Assembly (NCBI GenBank): GCA_963796965.1
Contig: CAWCNS010000009.1
Span: 352,001 to 416,000 of the forward strand
Direction of reading: 5' to 3'
DNA: 64,000 nucleotides
Source: Calditrichia bacterium
GTDB lineage: Bacteria > Calditrichota > Calditrichia > JAJRVZ01
Shown here: piece after piece, positions 39,096-51,579 of the stretch
How the letters are laid out: each line of letters opens with the position of its first letter
Numbering within the stretch: position 1 is the first letter of the stretch
Program-made: the position numbers and the translations under genes
The notes under the pieces: model-generated
Database searches by the model: none
The model's input: only the letters and a program-made list of their open reading frames with translations
Told to the model about the DNA's origin: nothing

Positions 39096-42000
39096 AGCCG
39101 GCATTTTTGAATGAAAGTCATAGGTATCCAGATTAATATTAAACATCCAGTTTCGGCCAGCTTGTGTCACTAAAAGTACCAGCAGATTTTTGCCCTTTTT
39201 TAGATTTATAGGTATACGTGCCATGTTGTACTCGAACGCATGTTTTCGGAGATAGTCATATACAATTTCTCCGTTTAGCCAAACATTAATTCCATCGTTA
39301 TGTCCAATTCGTAATATGGTTTCTAACTCTTTATCGCAATAAATTTCGGAAGAGGCGAAAGCATAACAATTTTCGTTAGGCTTAAGTTGAGCATCAAGAT
39401 GCACCACACCTTCAACATCGATATCAGCGGGTTTCCAGATGATATCCTTATTACCGATGGGGTATTTATCCTTACCTTCTTCACCGATAAAACCTGGGAA
39501 TGATTGTGATATCACAAACTCTTTTAACATGGCCGGTCGTGGTGTCAATTTAAATCCTTCTATTCCCATCTTGGAATTATCGATCAGCTCCAGGCTAAGG
39601 GAATGTTCACCTTCTGTTAAGGCTGGAACATAAAAGTCTTTTTGCACGGGTACATAACCGCCCACATCGAGCTGGCAGTTGAGTATATCAATCGCTTTAT
39701 TGTCAACAAGAATCTTCGCACGGCCATACTCCTGATTGACAACTGCGCCGATGGTCAGGCGATAATCGGAATAGACATCAACCGAAAAGGGGAAGGTAAC
39801 TTTTCCTTTTTTTCCATCATATTCATAGAATACGCCGGGCCGTCCCATTGAAGATATGTTTCCCCATTGTTTCTCATGACCAGTCAAACCGTTATTCAAC
39901 TCGCCTATAGAGTAGATTTGCATATCTGGCGGCAATCCGCGATCCCATGGATTCACTGCCAGGTAAGGAGTAGCAGTTTGTGGATTGGGATAACGGGTCG
40001 TATTGCCATTATTATCGGTTGCTACAACACAATAAAGCACACCTTCGTAGGTAAGCGGTATCCGGGCAGAAAAATTTTCATTTTGCAACTGTTTTAAGGG
40101 GATGGGTTCCGCCCAGACTTGATCAGATGGCAGTGGTTTCCATTCAAGTTGGGCCTTGACTATACCGGAAGGATCATCAATCATGCATTCAATATGAACG
40201 TGTCTTTCCTCTTTATTTATTTCAGCTGATTTAATACTGATAACAGGTCCCTCGTCATCTGTATGAAACTTTACCTCATCGGGCTTTTTTGCTCCCTCAG
40301 AAGGGGTGGTAATTGTTTTACCATTAACTTCCGCAGAAAACCAGTATCGGAGGTAAGAACCTTCCAGGAGATTTTCTCCTGGAATATTACTCTCAAAAGT
40401 CCAGCGATTGGTCGATGAACATTTCTGAGTCTGGAGCGAGCCTGTTCCGATCTGATAGTGCAGGATTACATTTTGAGGCGTGGCACCAGAAATCCCACAG
40501 ATCAACTGAAGATCCTCTTGGGCCAATGCGAAAAAAACCGGGATATGACTTATTCGGGATGAATCTGATCTTTGGATTTTATTCTCAATTTCAGCGATTC
40601 GTTCAAGATCTGCCACCAGATCCGGGAGCACCCTACCCCAGGTAAAATTTTTGCCCATTCTTAAAGGATCACTTAAAGGCTTATACTGACCTTCTGTTAC
40701 TTTTGCCAGCACCTTCCAGTAAGAAATAGCCCTCTCCTGATGCATCCTCGCTTTTGTCACTTGCGATGGATCGCCCAAATGATAATAAAATTGCAACGCA
40801 CAGGCTGCCCGGTCTTTTTCAGCATAATATTGAGCAAGATTGCTTAATGCCTCTACATCATTAACCAATATGTTCCACTCATTTTTACTCTTGGATACGT
40901 CTGTCTTATTTAAATAATCCTGGCATTGCTGCGCTAGTGCATCAAGTCTGTCCGCCGCCTCTAGCGGTGTCACTTTTCCATTTACGGTATGATCCATATA
41001 GGCGTCAACATAATCAGCACAGGAAAGATGCGTTTGCGTATCCAATACGCCTGAATTTATAAAAGAATCAATATTCTTGATTTGCGGCTGCTTTGGTTTA
41101 TAATCTGTATTATTTCCGGTTTCGAATTCAGGTGCCATATTGCGATGGTCCGGTCCAATACAATGATGCTGGTAAATGAGAGGAAGAATCTGGCTAAACG
41201 TATTAGTGAGCCCGTAAATCTGTTCCCCTGCTTCCTCACCAAATCGTTTTTTAAATTTATGAATAAAAACACGTTCCGGTGTTTCTGAATCGTAAGCCAT
41301 ACGACCCCAGACGAGGTACCAGGCCCAGTACCGCTCGAACATGTAATCAATAAAATCCACTTGTTCAGAATTTTTAAATACCTGTGAAGGATCCTGAGTA
41401 TAATAGGCCGTGATCGGTTCTAAGGTAAAACCCACCGCATTACCAAATGTACTGGATTGAACGCAACGTTTTATAAATTCTGTATCGCACCAGGGAAAGA
41501 TGCGATGCGTACCATTTGTTCGAATCTGCCAGATAACTTTCCAGTAGCGGGGATAATTCAGATATTTTTCATAAGAATATGATCCCCAGCGACCTTGTAT
41601 GGCATTGTATGGCGCCCCCAGGTGTTCACCATTGTATTTAATTTCGATATAAAAATTTTCAGGATATTTCATTCCAATCTTGGCTAAATCTTTGAACTGA
41701 GCCAACCAGCTACGGGTATAAAGACGAACATTCTCCTTGCCGGATTCTGCAATACCAGCGAGAAAAGAACGCTTATAAAAGTCTTCACTTTTTCCTGATT
41801 CACCAATCCGAAACCCAAACATCCACAGTTTTGGACATCTTTTTAGAATTTCCGAGACCGCCCAACTGGTTTGTGCAATCATTTTATCCTCGTCACCATG
41901 GCTAATACCGGGGAAATCCAGGGCATAGTCCATCAATGAAATATGCACACCACGCTCTTCAGCCAGCTCAATGATCCGGTTTAGCATGGCCAGATTTTTT

Positions 42001-42683
42001 TCTTGATCCTGGCTTTCCAACGATGCTTCCGGGATTGCCGGGTTCTTAAGAAAATATGGGAAAAGGTCGGGGAAAGAAGTGTTTATGAGTTGATACATGG
42101 CATGGATATCGCAAACATTGAACCGATTTCGCGATAGAGTAGTAAAATAGCCCTTCCAGAATTCCTCTTCATAAAACCAGGGTGAAATGGTGTCATCATC
42201 TTCAAGCTTCAAAAAAATATTATCAGCACGAATCTCCAGGGCTGGTTCAGCACTTTTGGCTTGGATGGTATTTAATATCACCATCCCTTTACCTGATTTC
42301 ATGTCAATCTGTTCAGCTAACTCGTAGATACCGTACATGAGTCCCACAGGATCCGATCCGTTGACGGATATCTTGTTTTCCTCTGCTATAATCTTAAATG
42401 ATTCCGGCTTTTCCCAATTTTGTTTATTCTCACCCTGTGATGAACTGATTACAATGATAAATGAGGATGATTCTGCTTTCTCTTTTCCATTATCAATAAG
42501 ATAATCAATCCCTTTTTCAGTCAGAGCTGTCTGAAGATATTTAAGTGCAAACTGAGGAGGGGAAGATAATTCACCCTGGATAGAGATATCAACCGAGGTT
42601 GCCCAATTGGTTTCGTTAAACAGCAAGTAAAAAGCTATACTTAACATAAAAATTTTAGAGAGCATTATTTCAGTTCCTTTCAC
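39090..42683 (-). CDS. Large secreted glycoside-hydrolase-like protein (GH67/GH115-like N-terminal domain, C-terminal beta-sandwich modules); family unassigned
   Basis: Signal peptide; ESFKI....ISVNGSDPVGLMYGIYELAE; C-terminal NDGINVWLNG...LKKGKNLL module; sits in a sugar cluster. Confidence 0.55.
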   Translation of the reverse strand: MKGTEIMLSKIFMLSIAFYLLFNETNWATSVDISIQGELSSPPQFALKYLQTALTEKGIDYLIDNGKEKAESSSFIIVISSSQGENKQNWEKPESFKIIAEENKISVNGSDPVGLMYGIYELAEQIDMKSGKGMVILNTIQAKSAEPALEIRADNIFLKLEDDDTISPWFYEEEFWKGYFTTLSRNRFNVCDIHAMYQLINTSFPDLFPYFLKNPAIPEASLESQDQEKNLAMLNRIIELAEERGVHISLMDYALDFPGISHGDEDKMIAQTSWAVSEILKRCPKLWMFGFRIGESGKSEDFYKRSFLAGIAESGKENVRLYTRSWLAQFKDLAKIGMKYPENFYIEIKYNGEHLGAPYNAIQGRWGSYSYEKYLNYPRYWKVIWQIRTNGTHRIFPWCDTEFIKRCVQSSTFGNAVGFTLEPITAYYTQDPSQVFKNSEQVDFIDYMFERYWAWYLVWGRMAYDSETPERVFIHKFKKRFGEEAGEQIYGLTNTFSQILPLIYQHHCIGPDHRNMAPEFETGNNTDYKPKQPQIKNIDSFINSGVLDTQTHLSCADYVDAYMDHTVNGKVTPLEAADRLDALAQQCQDYLNKTDVSKSKNEWNILVNDVEALSNLAQYYAEKDRAACALQFYYHLGDPSQVTKARMHQERAISYWKVLAKVTEGQYKPLSDPLRMGKNFTWGRVLPDLVADLERIAEIENKIQRSDSSRISHIPVFFALAQEDLQLICGISGATPQNVILHYQIGTGSLQTQKCSSTNRWTFESNIPGENLLEGSYLRYWFSAEVNGKTITTPSEGAKKPDEVKFHTDDEGPVISIKSAEINKEERHVHIECMIDDPSGIVKAQLEWKPLPSDQVWAEPIPLKQLQNENFSARIPLTYEGVLYCVVATDNNGNTTRYPNPQTATPYLAVNPWDRGLPPDMQIYSIGELNNGLTGHEKQWGNISSMGRPGVFYEYDGKKGKVTFPFSVDVYSDYRLTIGAVVNQEYGRAKILVDNKAIDILNCQLDVGGYVPVQKDFYVPALTEGEHSLSLELIDNSKMGIEGFKLTPRPAMLKEFVISQSFPGFIGEEGKDKYPIGNKDIIWKPADIDVEGVVHLDAQLKPNENCYAFASSEIYCDKELETILRIGHNDGINVWLNGEIVYDYLRKHAFEYNMARIPINLKKGKNLLVLLVTQAGRNWMFNINLDTYDFHSKMPAL

Positions 42684-42684
42684 C

Positions 42685-44008
42685 CTACTTTAAAACAACT
42701 TTCTCCAGTTCTTCCAACGTTTTTCCTTTTGTCTCCACCAGGAATTTAATAAAGAAAATCAGACTGAAAATCGTAGCAATTGTATAGAATATAAATATGT
42801 ATCCGATACCGAACGCACCAATGGCTATCGGGAAGAGGAAAGCCGTTACTGCGTTAAAAAACCAATGTGAAAAAGAGCCAATTGCCGAAGCTCTGGCACG
42901 GATATTATTGGGAAACATTTCTGCCAGAATCACCCAAATCACAACACCCTGGGAAGAGGCGAAAAAGGCTACAAATCCAATCAGGTATATTAATACCAGA
43001 TATCCTTCAAAATCCTGCTTTAAAAAGGTTAGAGCAAAAAGGCCTAAGAAAACAGGCATCCCGATGGCGCCCATTATCAACAAAAACTTTCGACCCAGTT
43101 TATCAATAACCGACATGGCAATTATTGTAAAGACTAAATTCGTGGCACCTATCATCACCGTTTGCATAAGAGCCGATTCATTTCCAAAACCGGCAGATTT
43201 AAAAATAGTCGGTGTATAATAAAATACGACATTGATTCCGGTGAATTGGTTAAACATAGCCGACAGCAATTCCGATTAAGACCAGGCGGAGATAAGGCTT
43301 TTTAAAAAAAACCACAGTCCTGGAAAAAACCTCTTTATTGATAGATTCTTTAATTTCGCTAATAACCTGCTCTACATCAGCACCATGATTTACCGATTGA
43401 ATTACTGATTTTGCCTCATTAAATCGTTCCATCTTAACCAGCCAGCGAGGGCTTGCACTAACAAAAAACAATAACACAAAAAAGGCCAGCGCCGGAATTC
43501 CTTCAGCCAGAAACATCCAACGCCAGTTGCTTTCACCCAATCCAACGAGCAGATAATTTGAAAAGAATGCTGCCAAAGCACCAATAACGATAGCCAATTG
43601 AGTCGTGGCTACCATGCGTCCCCTGATTTTTGCCGGTGAAATCTCTGAGATATACATGGGAGACAGAACCGAAGCACCACCAACGGCGATTCCACCAATA
43701 AATCTAAAAGCAACAAAAACAGTCAACGTATTTGCCATTCCGGTTCCGACTGCTGAGATAAAGAATAAAGCGGCCATTACTTTCAGCATGTTTCGCCGGC
43801 CAAAGGCATCTCCTGGTTTTCCTACAAAGAGGGCGCCTACCACACATCCGATCAGCGCTGAACTCACCGCATAGCCAAGCAAGGTATCACTCAGCTGAAA
43901 ATATTCCGTAATAAATGGAATGGTGCCAGAGATAACAGCCATGTCAAATCCAAACAATAAGCCACCAAGTGCAGCAACAAAACTGTATACATATAATATT
44001 CGTTTCAA
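42685..44008 (-). CDS. Sugar porter family MFS transporter; frameshift near 43258
   Basis: ALGGLLFGFD, GRR, PMYISEISP..RG, QFTGINVVFYY, ETKGKTLEE. Confidence 0.9.
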
Positions 44009-44053
44009 AATATTTCCTTTAATTAATAAAGTTCATCCGATCGATGTATTATA

Positions 44054-47000
44054 TTAATTGACTGTCTTTACGGTTACAGGGCCCAGGAGACCTGCAGAAT
44101 GAAGTTTGCTATCCGGTTTAAAGGGATTAATGACACACCAGGTCTGTCTTTCTTTTTCCGGAAGACGGCTATCACCGATAAGGCGGTTGGCCCAGCTATT
44201 TACCACAGAGATTTCAACACTGTTTTTCCCTACTTTTACCATATCACTAACATTAATCTTAAAAGGAGCTATCCAGACACCACCTACCTCCTTGCCATTG
44301 ACCTTTACAGTTGCCAGAGCAGAAACTTTTCCCAGGTTCAGGAAAACCGATCGGGCTGGCAATTCAGGCAATTCAAAATGATTTTTATAAACAGTTGTTC
44401 CGGAATAATACTTGATACTATCGTTTGAAGAAATGGTCCAGTCGTATAATTCTTTCATTTCAACAGGTTTAACCGGACCTCGTTGAGAAACATCAAATGT
44501 CACATGCCAGGGGCCAGATAGCGTTGCGATTGTTTGGGGTTGTGGAAATTAGCTTCCACACCTCCTGCAACCGGAGGCCGGCGGCCTTGCTTAAAAACGA
44601 TAAACTGGCTCTGCAGGGCCTCTAGTTTCAAGGGCACCATAGTGACACCCGTCTTTTTCACTATAAACAGGTAAATCACGAATTGAACCATCAATAGCAT
44701 CCCACAATTGCGGTACCATCCCCTGAACTCTAAATTTGGGAGCAATATTGACTTCGCCATCACTCTGGTTGGTCAAAAAATAAATATGCAATCCCGGCAT
44801 ACTGCGATGGGTCCATAACACATGCTGGCCATCACCAATCTCAAGATCTTTGGTTAATGATATCTGATCAAAAAGTTCTGACAATCCAAATCCTTCTGCG
44901 ACGAGACCTTCACCGTACTGTGCAACTGCTTGCCATTTTTCACAGGTCCCGCCCACATCATTTCAGCCAACAGTTTTACTTTTCTGTCACATTCGGGATA
45001 ATTTTGCAGACTGGGTGATTTTTCAGGTTTGGGACCTAAGATGATGCCACCTTGTTTGACCAGCTCTTCAATTTTTTGGAGTACCTCGGGACGCATGGTT
45101 TTCAACGATGGGAGAACCATGACGCGATAACTTGTACCATCTGGTAACACAAATTTACCATCTTTGATACTAAGTCGATTGAGAATCACTTCTGCATTGA
45201 TATAGTCATAAGAATATCCCTGAGGTAATTCAGGATCCCTGCCCCCTGTCATGATTGGTGCATTTTCTCCGATGAAATAGCAGACATCAGCGACATAGTT
45301 CCCTTGCTGCAACATGTGCTGACAGCGCCTCAGGTAATCAAAATAGGATTTAGCCGCATTAAACCAGGTGTTGTGTCGGTTAAATTCAGTACTGAACCAG
45401 GCATTGACCCCCGGTTTTCTCTTATCATCGGGCTGATGAATATTCACATGCAATACCAGATGGTTAATGCCTTCTGTAAAACTCCAGTCCCCTCGTTTTT
45501 TTAACATGGCCGGATGTCGGCCAAAGGTATTGCCGCTTGCGGTAAAGGCCTCGGCGGAAGTGATCGGTTTTCCATAAATATGTGCGGCTGAAGAGGCTGC
45601 CTTGCATTCGATATTGCCTAATGAACCTTCGTTCCAAAACTCACCGCCGACCAGATCGGACTGACCACCATACATCAAAAATTCGGACGGGAATCCCCAA
45701 TGGCCATAATTTTCAAGCCAAAGTTTTAAATTATGTTCATTGCTGATTTCCCGCAAACCGCCCACATATTCTACAGCAACCGCATCTGCCACCCATCGGC
45801 GCAAGTCCCAAAGAAATCGCTCTGATTCTTCCACACTTCCGACAATTCTACCCGAAAACACAGGAAGGTATTTTACAGGATTATAGCCAAATTTTTGTTC
45901 AAATTTTTGTTCAAAACCATCTGTCCAGTTTTGAGAACCCATCTCATAACTATCTGCAATGACATATTTAAATGCACTTTTGCTTTCCTCAGGAATCCGT
46001 TTTAGGAATTCTCCGATATAGTGTTGGAAATGAAATCGTATCAATTCGCGATTGGCTTTGTCAATTTCATAACCTTTTCCCTGTGGTGCAGCCGGTGAAT
46101 TTTTTGTACCGGTAGGCGTCATACCAAAACGCAGGACCGTCCACTCTCCTTCAGGAACTTGCCAGGTAAGCAAACCGGAGCCATCCATATATTCGGAAAT
46201 GTCGCGCACATCATCACCTGCCACCTTCAGGCTTTTATCAGCAAACTCATCCTGGGCTTCCCAGATATAGCTATCCCAGGCCGGGAAAGGTGTGGGATGC
46301 ATTTTCCCCAAATGTTTTTCAACATAATGTTCTAAAATTTTCGATTCAGAAATAACGACTTCAGAAAATCCCACTTGTTTTATACCGTTTCAGATGGATT
46401 TCTTATTATCAATCGAAACAGTTTGGATGGTGTATCGGATATGGATATGGCAATCGGTGCAAATATTTCAGCACCTACATTGACTCCCGTATTACGTCTG
46501 TTAATCGCAAAGGATTTAACCGATACATACCTCCCCTCCATAAAAGCCAATAATTCGCATTCTACATCAAATCCTATTTTTGCTGGCTTTAGTACAAGGC
46601 TTTTTGCGTTTATTTTACTTTTGGATTTAATATCAATGGTATACCCTCTTGTATCAACATCAAACAGGAAAACCGTCGTCGTGTCCCCATCCAGCATATT
46701 TTTCGCCCCATCTTTATGAGGGTTTACCAAAATTTCAGAATTGAATTGGGTCAATTTCTTTTTCTCTATTTTCAATGCCGGAAAGGCCAGGACATGCGTA
46801 TCCATAAATTCTTTATTCGGTTGAGGCAATTGTACACTTATTTTCCCGGCACCCTTTATCGGCGTTTCTGAATAGGTGAGGTAACGCATTGCCATTTCAG
46901 GCTTTACCCATGGCCCTCCCGATTGACTCCACCCGGGACAGTTAAATGATCCAATATCTACGCCGATTCTCTTACCTTCGTTGACAGCGTGCACCATGCA

Positions 47001-47317
47001 ATCCCACCACTTTTCGCTGAGTAGAGGAACCGGTCCATCTACTTTTGAGGCGGATTGATATTGCCAATAAAAGCGGCCCCAATACCGGCCTGTTTCATTG
47101 CTTCCAGGTCTTTGGTAATTCCCTCTTTTGAAATATCATCATTGATCCAATACCAATAACACCATAGGTTATTACTCTCATGGGGAGTGACAAAGCCAGA
47201 TTGGATCGTTTTAATATCCGGGGTTGGCTGATCAGGCAAACTGCCACATCCGAGAATAATCAAGCCGGATAAAACCACAAATATTGCCCTATTTAATAGT
47301 GAGAATACTTTGAACAT
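44054..47317 (-). CDS. GH106 alpha-L-rhamnosidase-like lipoprotein; about five frameshifts
   Basis: Six ORF pieces: WCYWYWIND.ISKEGITKDLEAM, GWSQSGGPWV, DSYEMGSQNWT, AEAFT, GYSYDYIN, VVNSWANRLIGD, GLLGPV. Confidence 0.85.
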
Positions 47318-47381
47318 TATGGAGTCCTTTTTAGAATTTCTTAAGAGCCTGGTTAAGATTTAAATATATAATTGCACTGTC

Positions 47382-47631
47382 TTGACTACATGTTTACACA
47401 TATTTATAAATTGTGATATCCTGACGAGGTGTTATTACATGATTTGAATGTGTTTGCTGTCCTCTTGTCCCGAAACGGGATCGCGTCTCGGGAGAAGGAT
47501 CTTCCTCCATATAATGCCCTACTAAAATGGAGGAAGATGCTTTCAGCATGACACGATCCTTGTGTTCACTGAACATAAAACGAACTTTAATATTCTTCAA
47601 GTTTTGTCAAAAAGTGTAAACACATGGTCAA
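47382..47631. repeat. Intergenic element bounded by an 18-bp imperfect inverted repeat, with internal hairpins
   Basis: ttgactacatgtttacac ... gtgtaaacacatggtcaa (15/18); internal perfect 12-bp IR at 47499-47510 / 47527-47538. Confidence 0.45.
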
Positions 47632-47674
47632 ATCAACACAATTTATTAAATACCATGGGTATCTTTATGACATT

Positions 47675-50600
47675 TCATTCAAACATCAGTTTAAAAGTCT
47701 CAATAGCATTATGACCAATACGAAATTTCAATTTACCATTCTCCAATTCAACTTTTTTCCCCTCTTGCTCAATGATGTTGGTATGCTCTGCTGATTTTAT
47801 GGGTTTGAATAATTTTATGGATACATCTGTATCTTTTCCATTCGTTTCATAACAGCGCAGTATCATTCCTTTACCATCCTCCGCTTTTTTCAGTATTGAG
47901 ACCATAACATTTGGGGCTGAAACTTTTAGAAAGGAATGAGAGTCAGGTAGGTCGCCACTTGTTGATTGCCCTGGCAAAACCATGAGTGGTGTATTGTGTT
48001 CCCAACCAAACCGTGTGGCTTCGCCTGACACCAATGTCCCTTGATGCGTACCGATGGCAAATCGATACATGTGTTCACCCTCCTGAGTGAAATAGAGTTC
48101 CGGATCGCCACAACTGAAAACACTGCGCAGAAGAATTGGTTGAATAACAAAATCGGTTTTTAAAAGCAACGGATCTTCAAGGGCGATACGTTTAAAGAGA
48201 TTATATTCTCCACTGAAAGACATGGCAAACGTACTCTCTTCCATTTCCCCTTTTATGGTTCGCGCATCATGGAAGCGGGGATCTCGCCTGTCTTTAACAT
48301 CAAAAGGTGTCACCTCAGTCGCCAGGGTTATCCCCATTTTATCATTAGAAAGATCGATCCAATTGTTTGTTGCCCGGACGGTGGGGTGGCTTGCTTTCAG
48401 CTGCCGGACTTTCCTTTCCATATTCCACGGCTCCAAATGGAACCTCATAAGTGAGGCGGGAATTTTTTAATTCAAATGGAAAAACAGCATTGACCTGAAT
48501 TTTCTTTTGTCCGTTCCAATTCAAAGTCGTCTTGAGATCTATCCTCGATAATGACGCATAGAGGGAAATTTCTTGTATTCTTTCAGAATGTAAGATTGAC
48601 CCTTTTATCTGAATTGTTGCTCTGATGGGACCGGATTCTATTAACTTTACGGAAGCCGGTTTCTCTCCCATACGCCACCAGTTGTCGGTAAATTCTTCAC
48701 CTTCATCGACGCCCAGATTCTCGAGGGCAATTAATTCATTTCCCTGGTATTTGGTGGTATTTAATATTTCAAGGTTATTCAATTTGTCGAAAATGCTGGA
48801 GATGCCTCCGGATTGGGCATCAATGCTAATTCTGAAAAAGTGGTTTTCCAAAGTTGATTGATCAGCCGTTAATTGTGTTTTAGTCCGGTTTGGCCCGGGG
48901 GCAAGATAATAGGTAGCGTAACCAAGCGAAGGAAGATCCCCTTCAAAAAGTACTTGTGCCCGGGAAATGCTACCATCGGGGTACGTATCCAGAACCTTAA
49001 TTTGTGCAGGAATATCTTTACCTGATCCGTCAAGCAAATGCAGTTCGGAAATCCCCTTTTCTTGCACAGAGGTCACATAATCGACAATATCTGATCTTTG
49101 CCAGGCCAAACTATTAAAAACAACCAAAGGAATTCCTAAATCTTTACAGTGGATACGGGAAGCCAGGGTGGTTAATGTGTTTGATCTTAAATCATCAGCC
49201 AGGCGAAACGTTTCCCGCGCCCTGGCAAGTTTTACGGCATCGCTGATATCCCCATCGGTGCCGCCCCAATTATGTTCATGAACCCATAACTTGCCCTTCC
49301 AAACATTATCAATCCCCATTTTCGGATAGTCATAGCTGGAGACCAATAGATCATTTACCGCAGAAAATTTCTCGGCAGCAGTTACGAATGCTTCAGCGTG
49401 TCTGGTCAGCATAAAGGCGTCGTTTTCTACGGATTGGGTCCCGGCCCACCAGCAGGGTAATTCCCCGGTCATCGTTTGAATTTTTCCCTTGCCCTGGCTT
49501 ACCGCGTTTTCAACCGCTTTAAAATATTCATCTACAGATGCGATTTTTACTTTGGGATAGCCGAACACCTTGTTCCAGAGTTTTGCATTCTGTCCTACAC
49601 GGGGATCAGGAATAGAGCAGTCAGCGCCATCAGCCATCATGATGACAGGTGGCAGATCCCATTCGTTATTATGTTGTATTTCCCATTGCACAAAATCTTT
49701 GAATTTATTGGCGGCGGTCAGGAAAGCATCGGTGCGCAGGATTTGACCGGCGCTGTAATTCCCGGGACAACTGGTTACTAGTACATCAGAACCATCAGGG
49801 GACTGCCAACGGAAAATATGCGGACCAACATACCCGGTGACATTAAGATTATTTTCAGGCCTCAAGAGCACTTTCCAAATTATGAAATTTTTTATGCCTG
49901 CTTTAGATAATATCTGCGGCATTTGTAACGTATGTCCTGGTTCATCAACATTCCAGGCCATTTCTGTATTAATACCAAACGTATTTAAAAGCCACAGTTT
50001 ACCAAAATATATATTTCTGACCAGACCTTCTCCGCCTAATAATAACTCGCTTGGACCAAAGTAGAATCCACCACATTCTAAAATATTTTTATGTAGTAAA
50101 TCTCTGACCTCTTCGATTCGATCAGGATTACGACGCAAAAACTCCTCAAGTACAAACACATCTTCTTCCGAAAATTTAAACTCGGGTAAATCCTTAAGAA
50201 TATTGATCGATTCCGATATGGCTTGAATATTCAAATTTGTGCTGACTTCCGGTGTAGCCGGCCAGGATAAATCCGCATGCGAGTGCGGCACAATGTAAAC
50301 CTTAAGATCAGGATACTGGGGAAGGTTTGGACGGGCAGCTTTCACATGAATAACTTTGTTCTCATTACTCTCCGTTATTTTTAAATCAACATTTATTTCT
50401 TTTCTTACCTCGGATATATTCATTTCAGATTTGGCAATTAACCATACCGTTTCACCTGGCTTAATCGTATCCCAAACCGTGCGGCTGCTGTCTCTTCGCA
50501 CTGTTGGTAAAACATCAAAAAACACCGGTCCGATAGGCTTTTTTGTCGGATTGTGGGCAAGTACTGAAAAAATATCGATTAATGATGTTTCCGATGTCCC

Positions 50601-51257
50601 ATTTGGAATTGACGAAACAAGCGGATCTGTAAAAAAAAGACGGTTTCCAATCGAGTTGAGGTCCTCTATACGAGCATATAACCACCAACCGCCGCCGATC
50701 TGGTCCACTTTTGCAAGCAGCCGGTTTTCCCCTTTTTGCAGAGACACCGGAGTCAAATCATCATCAGGACCGGCTGCCCTTGGCTGGGAACAATAATGTA
50801 CCAGTTTGCCGTTAAGCCATACTTTCAGGCGGTCATTACTGCCAGTTTTTAACAACGCATAGGTTTCCCGCTCACATTTGATCGTAGCATATGCATAAGC
50901 GACATTCATTTGATTAGGCTGAAGCTGTGTGAGAAAATCCAGTTTGCCGGCATCATCGGCTTTTATTTTCCGCCATGATACCTGACCCGACGGAACGGAC
51001 GCACTGGCGTGATGGAGAGCAGGGGATGGGATTATATTGGCTTCACCACCATGTTCAACCAGAAAATCTGTATCAATGCCCCTTCCCATTTCATTTGAAA
51101 AAGGACCACATACAAGCCAATCCATAATGAAGACATTTGATTCATATACCAATTTTGGTCCATCGGAAGCATGTACATATGAAGAGAACAGGGAGATTAA
51201 AGAGATAACCAAAAGGGGCATCGTTATTTTTGACAATAAGGAAATCTGTCGTTTCAT
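47675..51257 (-). CDS. GH38 alpha-mannosidase-like protein with N-terminal beta-sandwich; frameshift near 48400
   Basis: VPHSHADLSW, GEGLVRNI, WNVDEPGH, FRWQSPDGS; C-terminal LKKAEDGKGMILRCYE...IETF. Confidence 0.85.
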
Positions 51258-51399
51258 TGTTGATTCTCCTTTGACATCAAGTATTTACAAAGTAATCCAT
51301 TTTGATTTTGCGTTCGGGAAGATTAAAAAAAACATTTACAATTTATATATATAGACGCTGTCGATTTTCTAATGATCTGCTTAATTGTTTAGCTGATTT

Positions 51400-51523
51400 T
51401 TTACCACTAAGCACACCAAGAAGGCACAAAGTACTCAAAGAAATATTTCTTAATAAAAACTTTGTGATCTTTGTGCATTCTTGGTGAACTTTTGCCAAAG
51501 GCATCCCTATGGGAGTGGTAAAT
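51400..51523. repeat. Inverted pair of CACAAAG-type repeats with a 22-nt double mini-hairpin insertion (51493-51514)
   Basis: Left arm tttaccactaagcacaccaagaaggcacaaag; right arm ctttgtgcattcttggtgaacttt[tgccaaaggcatccctatggga]gtggtaaa. Confidence 0.6.
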
Positions 51524-51579
51524 CTTTTTAATTATGAACTGTCGGCAGTTCTATCCGCGAAGAGCGAACTCGAAATTCT

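Noticed and set aside
44054..47317. Programmed frameshifting or true pseudogene status for GH106 and other split genes
   Set aside because: Many unrelated genes are affected, there are no nonsense codons and no consistent slippery motif; sequencing error is more parsimonious.
47394..47600. 68-aa intergenic ORF
   Set aside because: No recognisable motif or RBS; lies within an inverted-repeat-bounded element.
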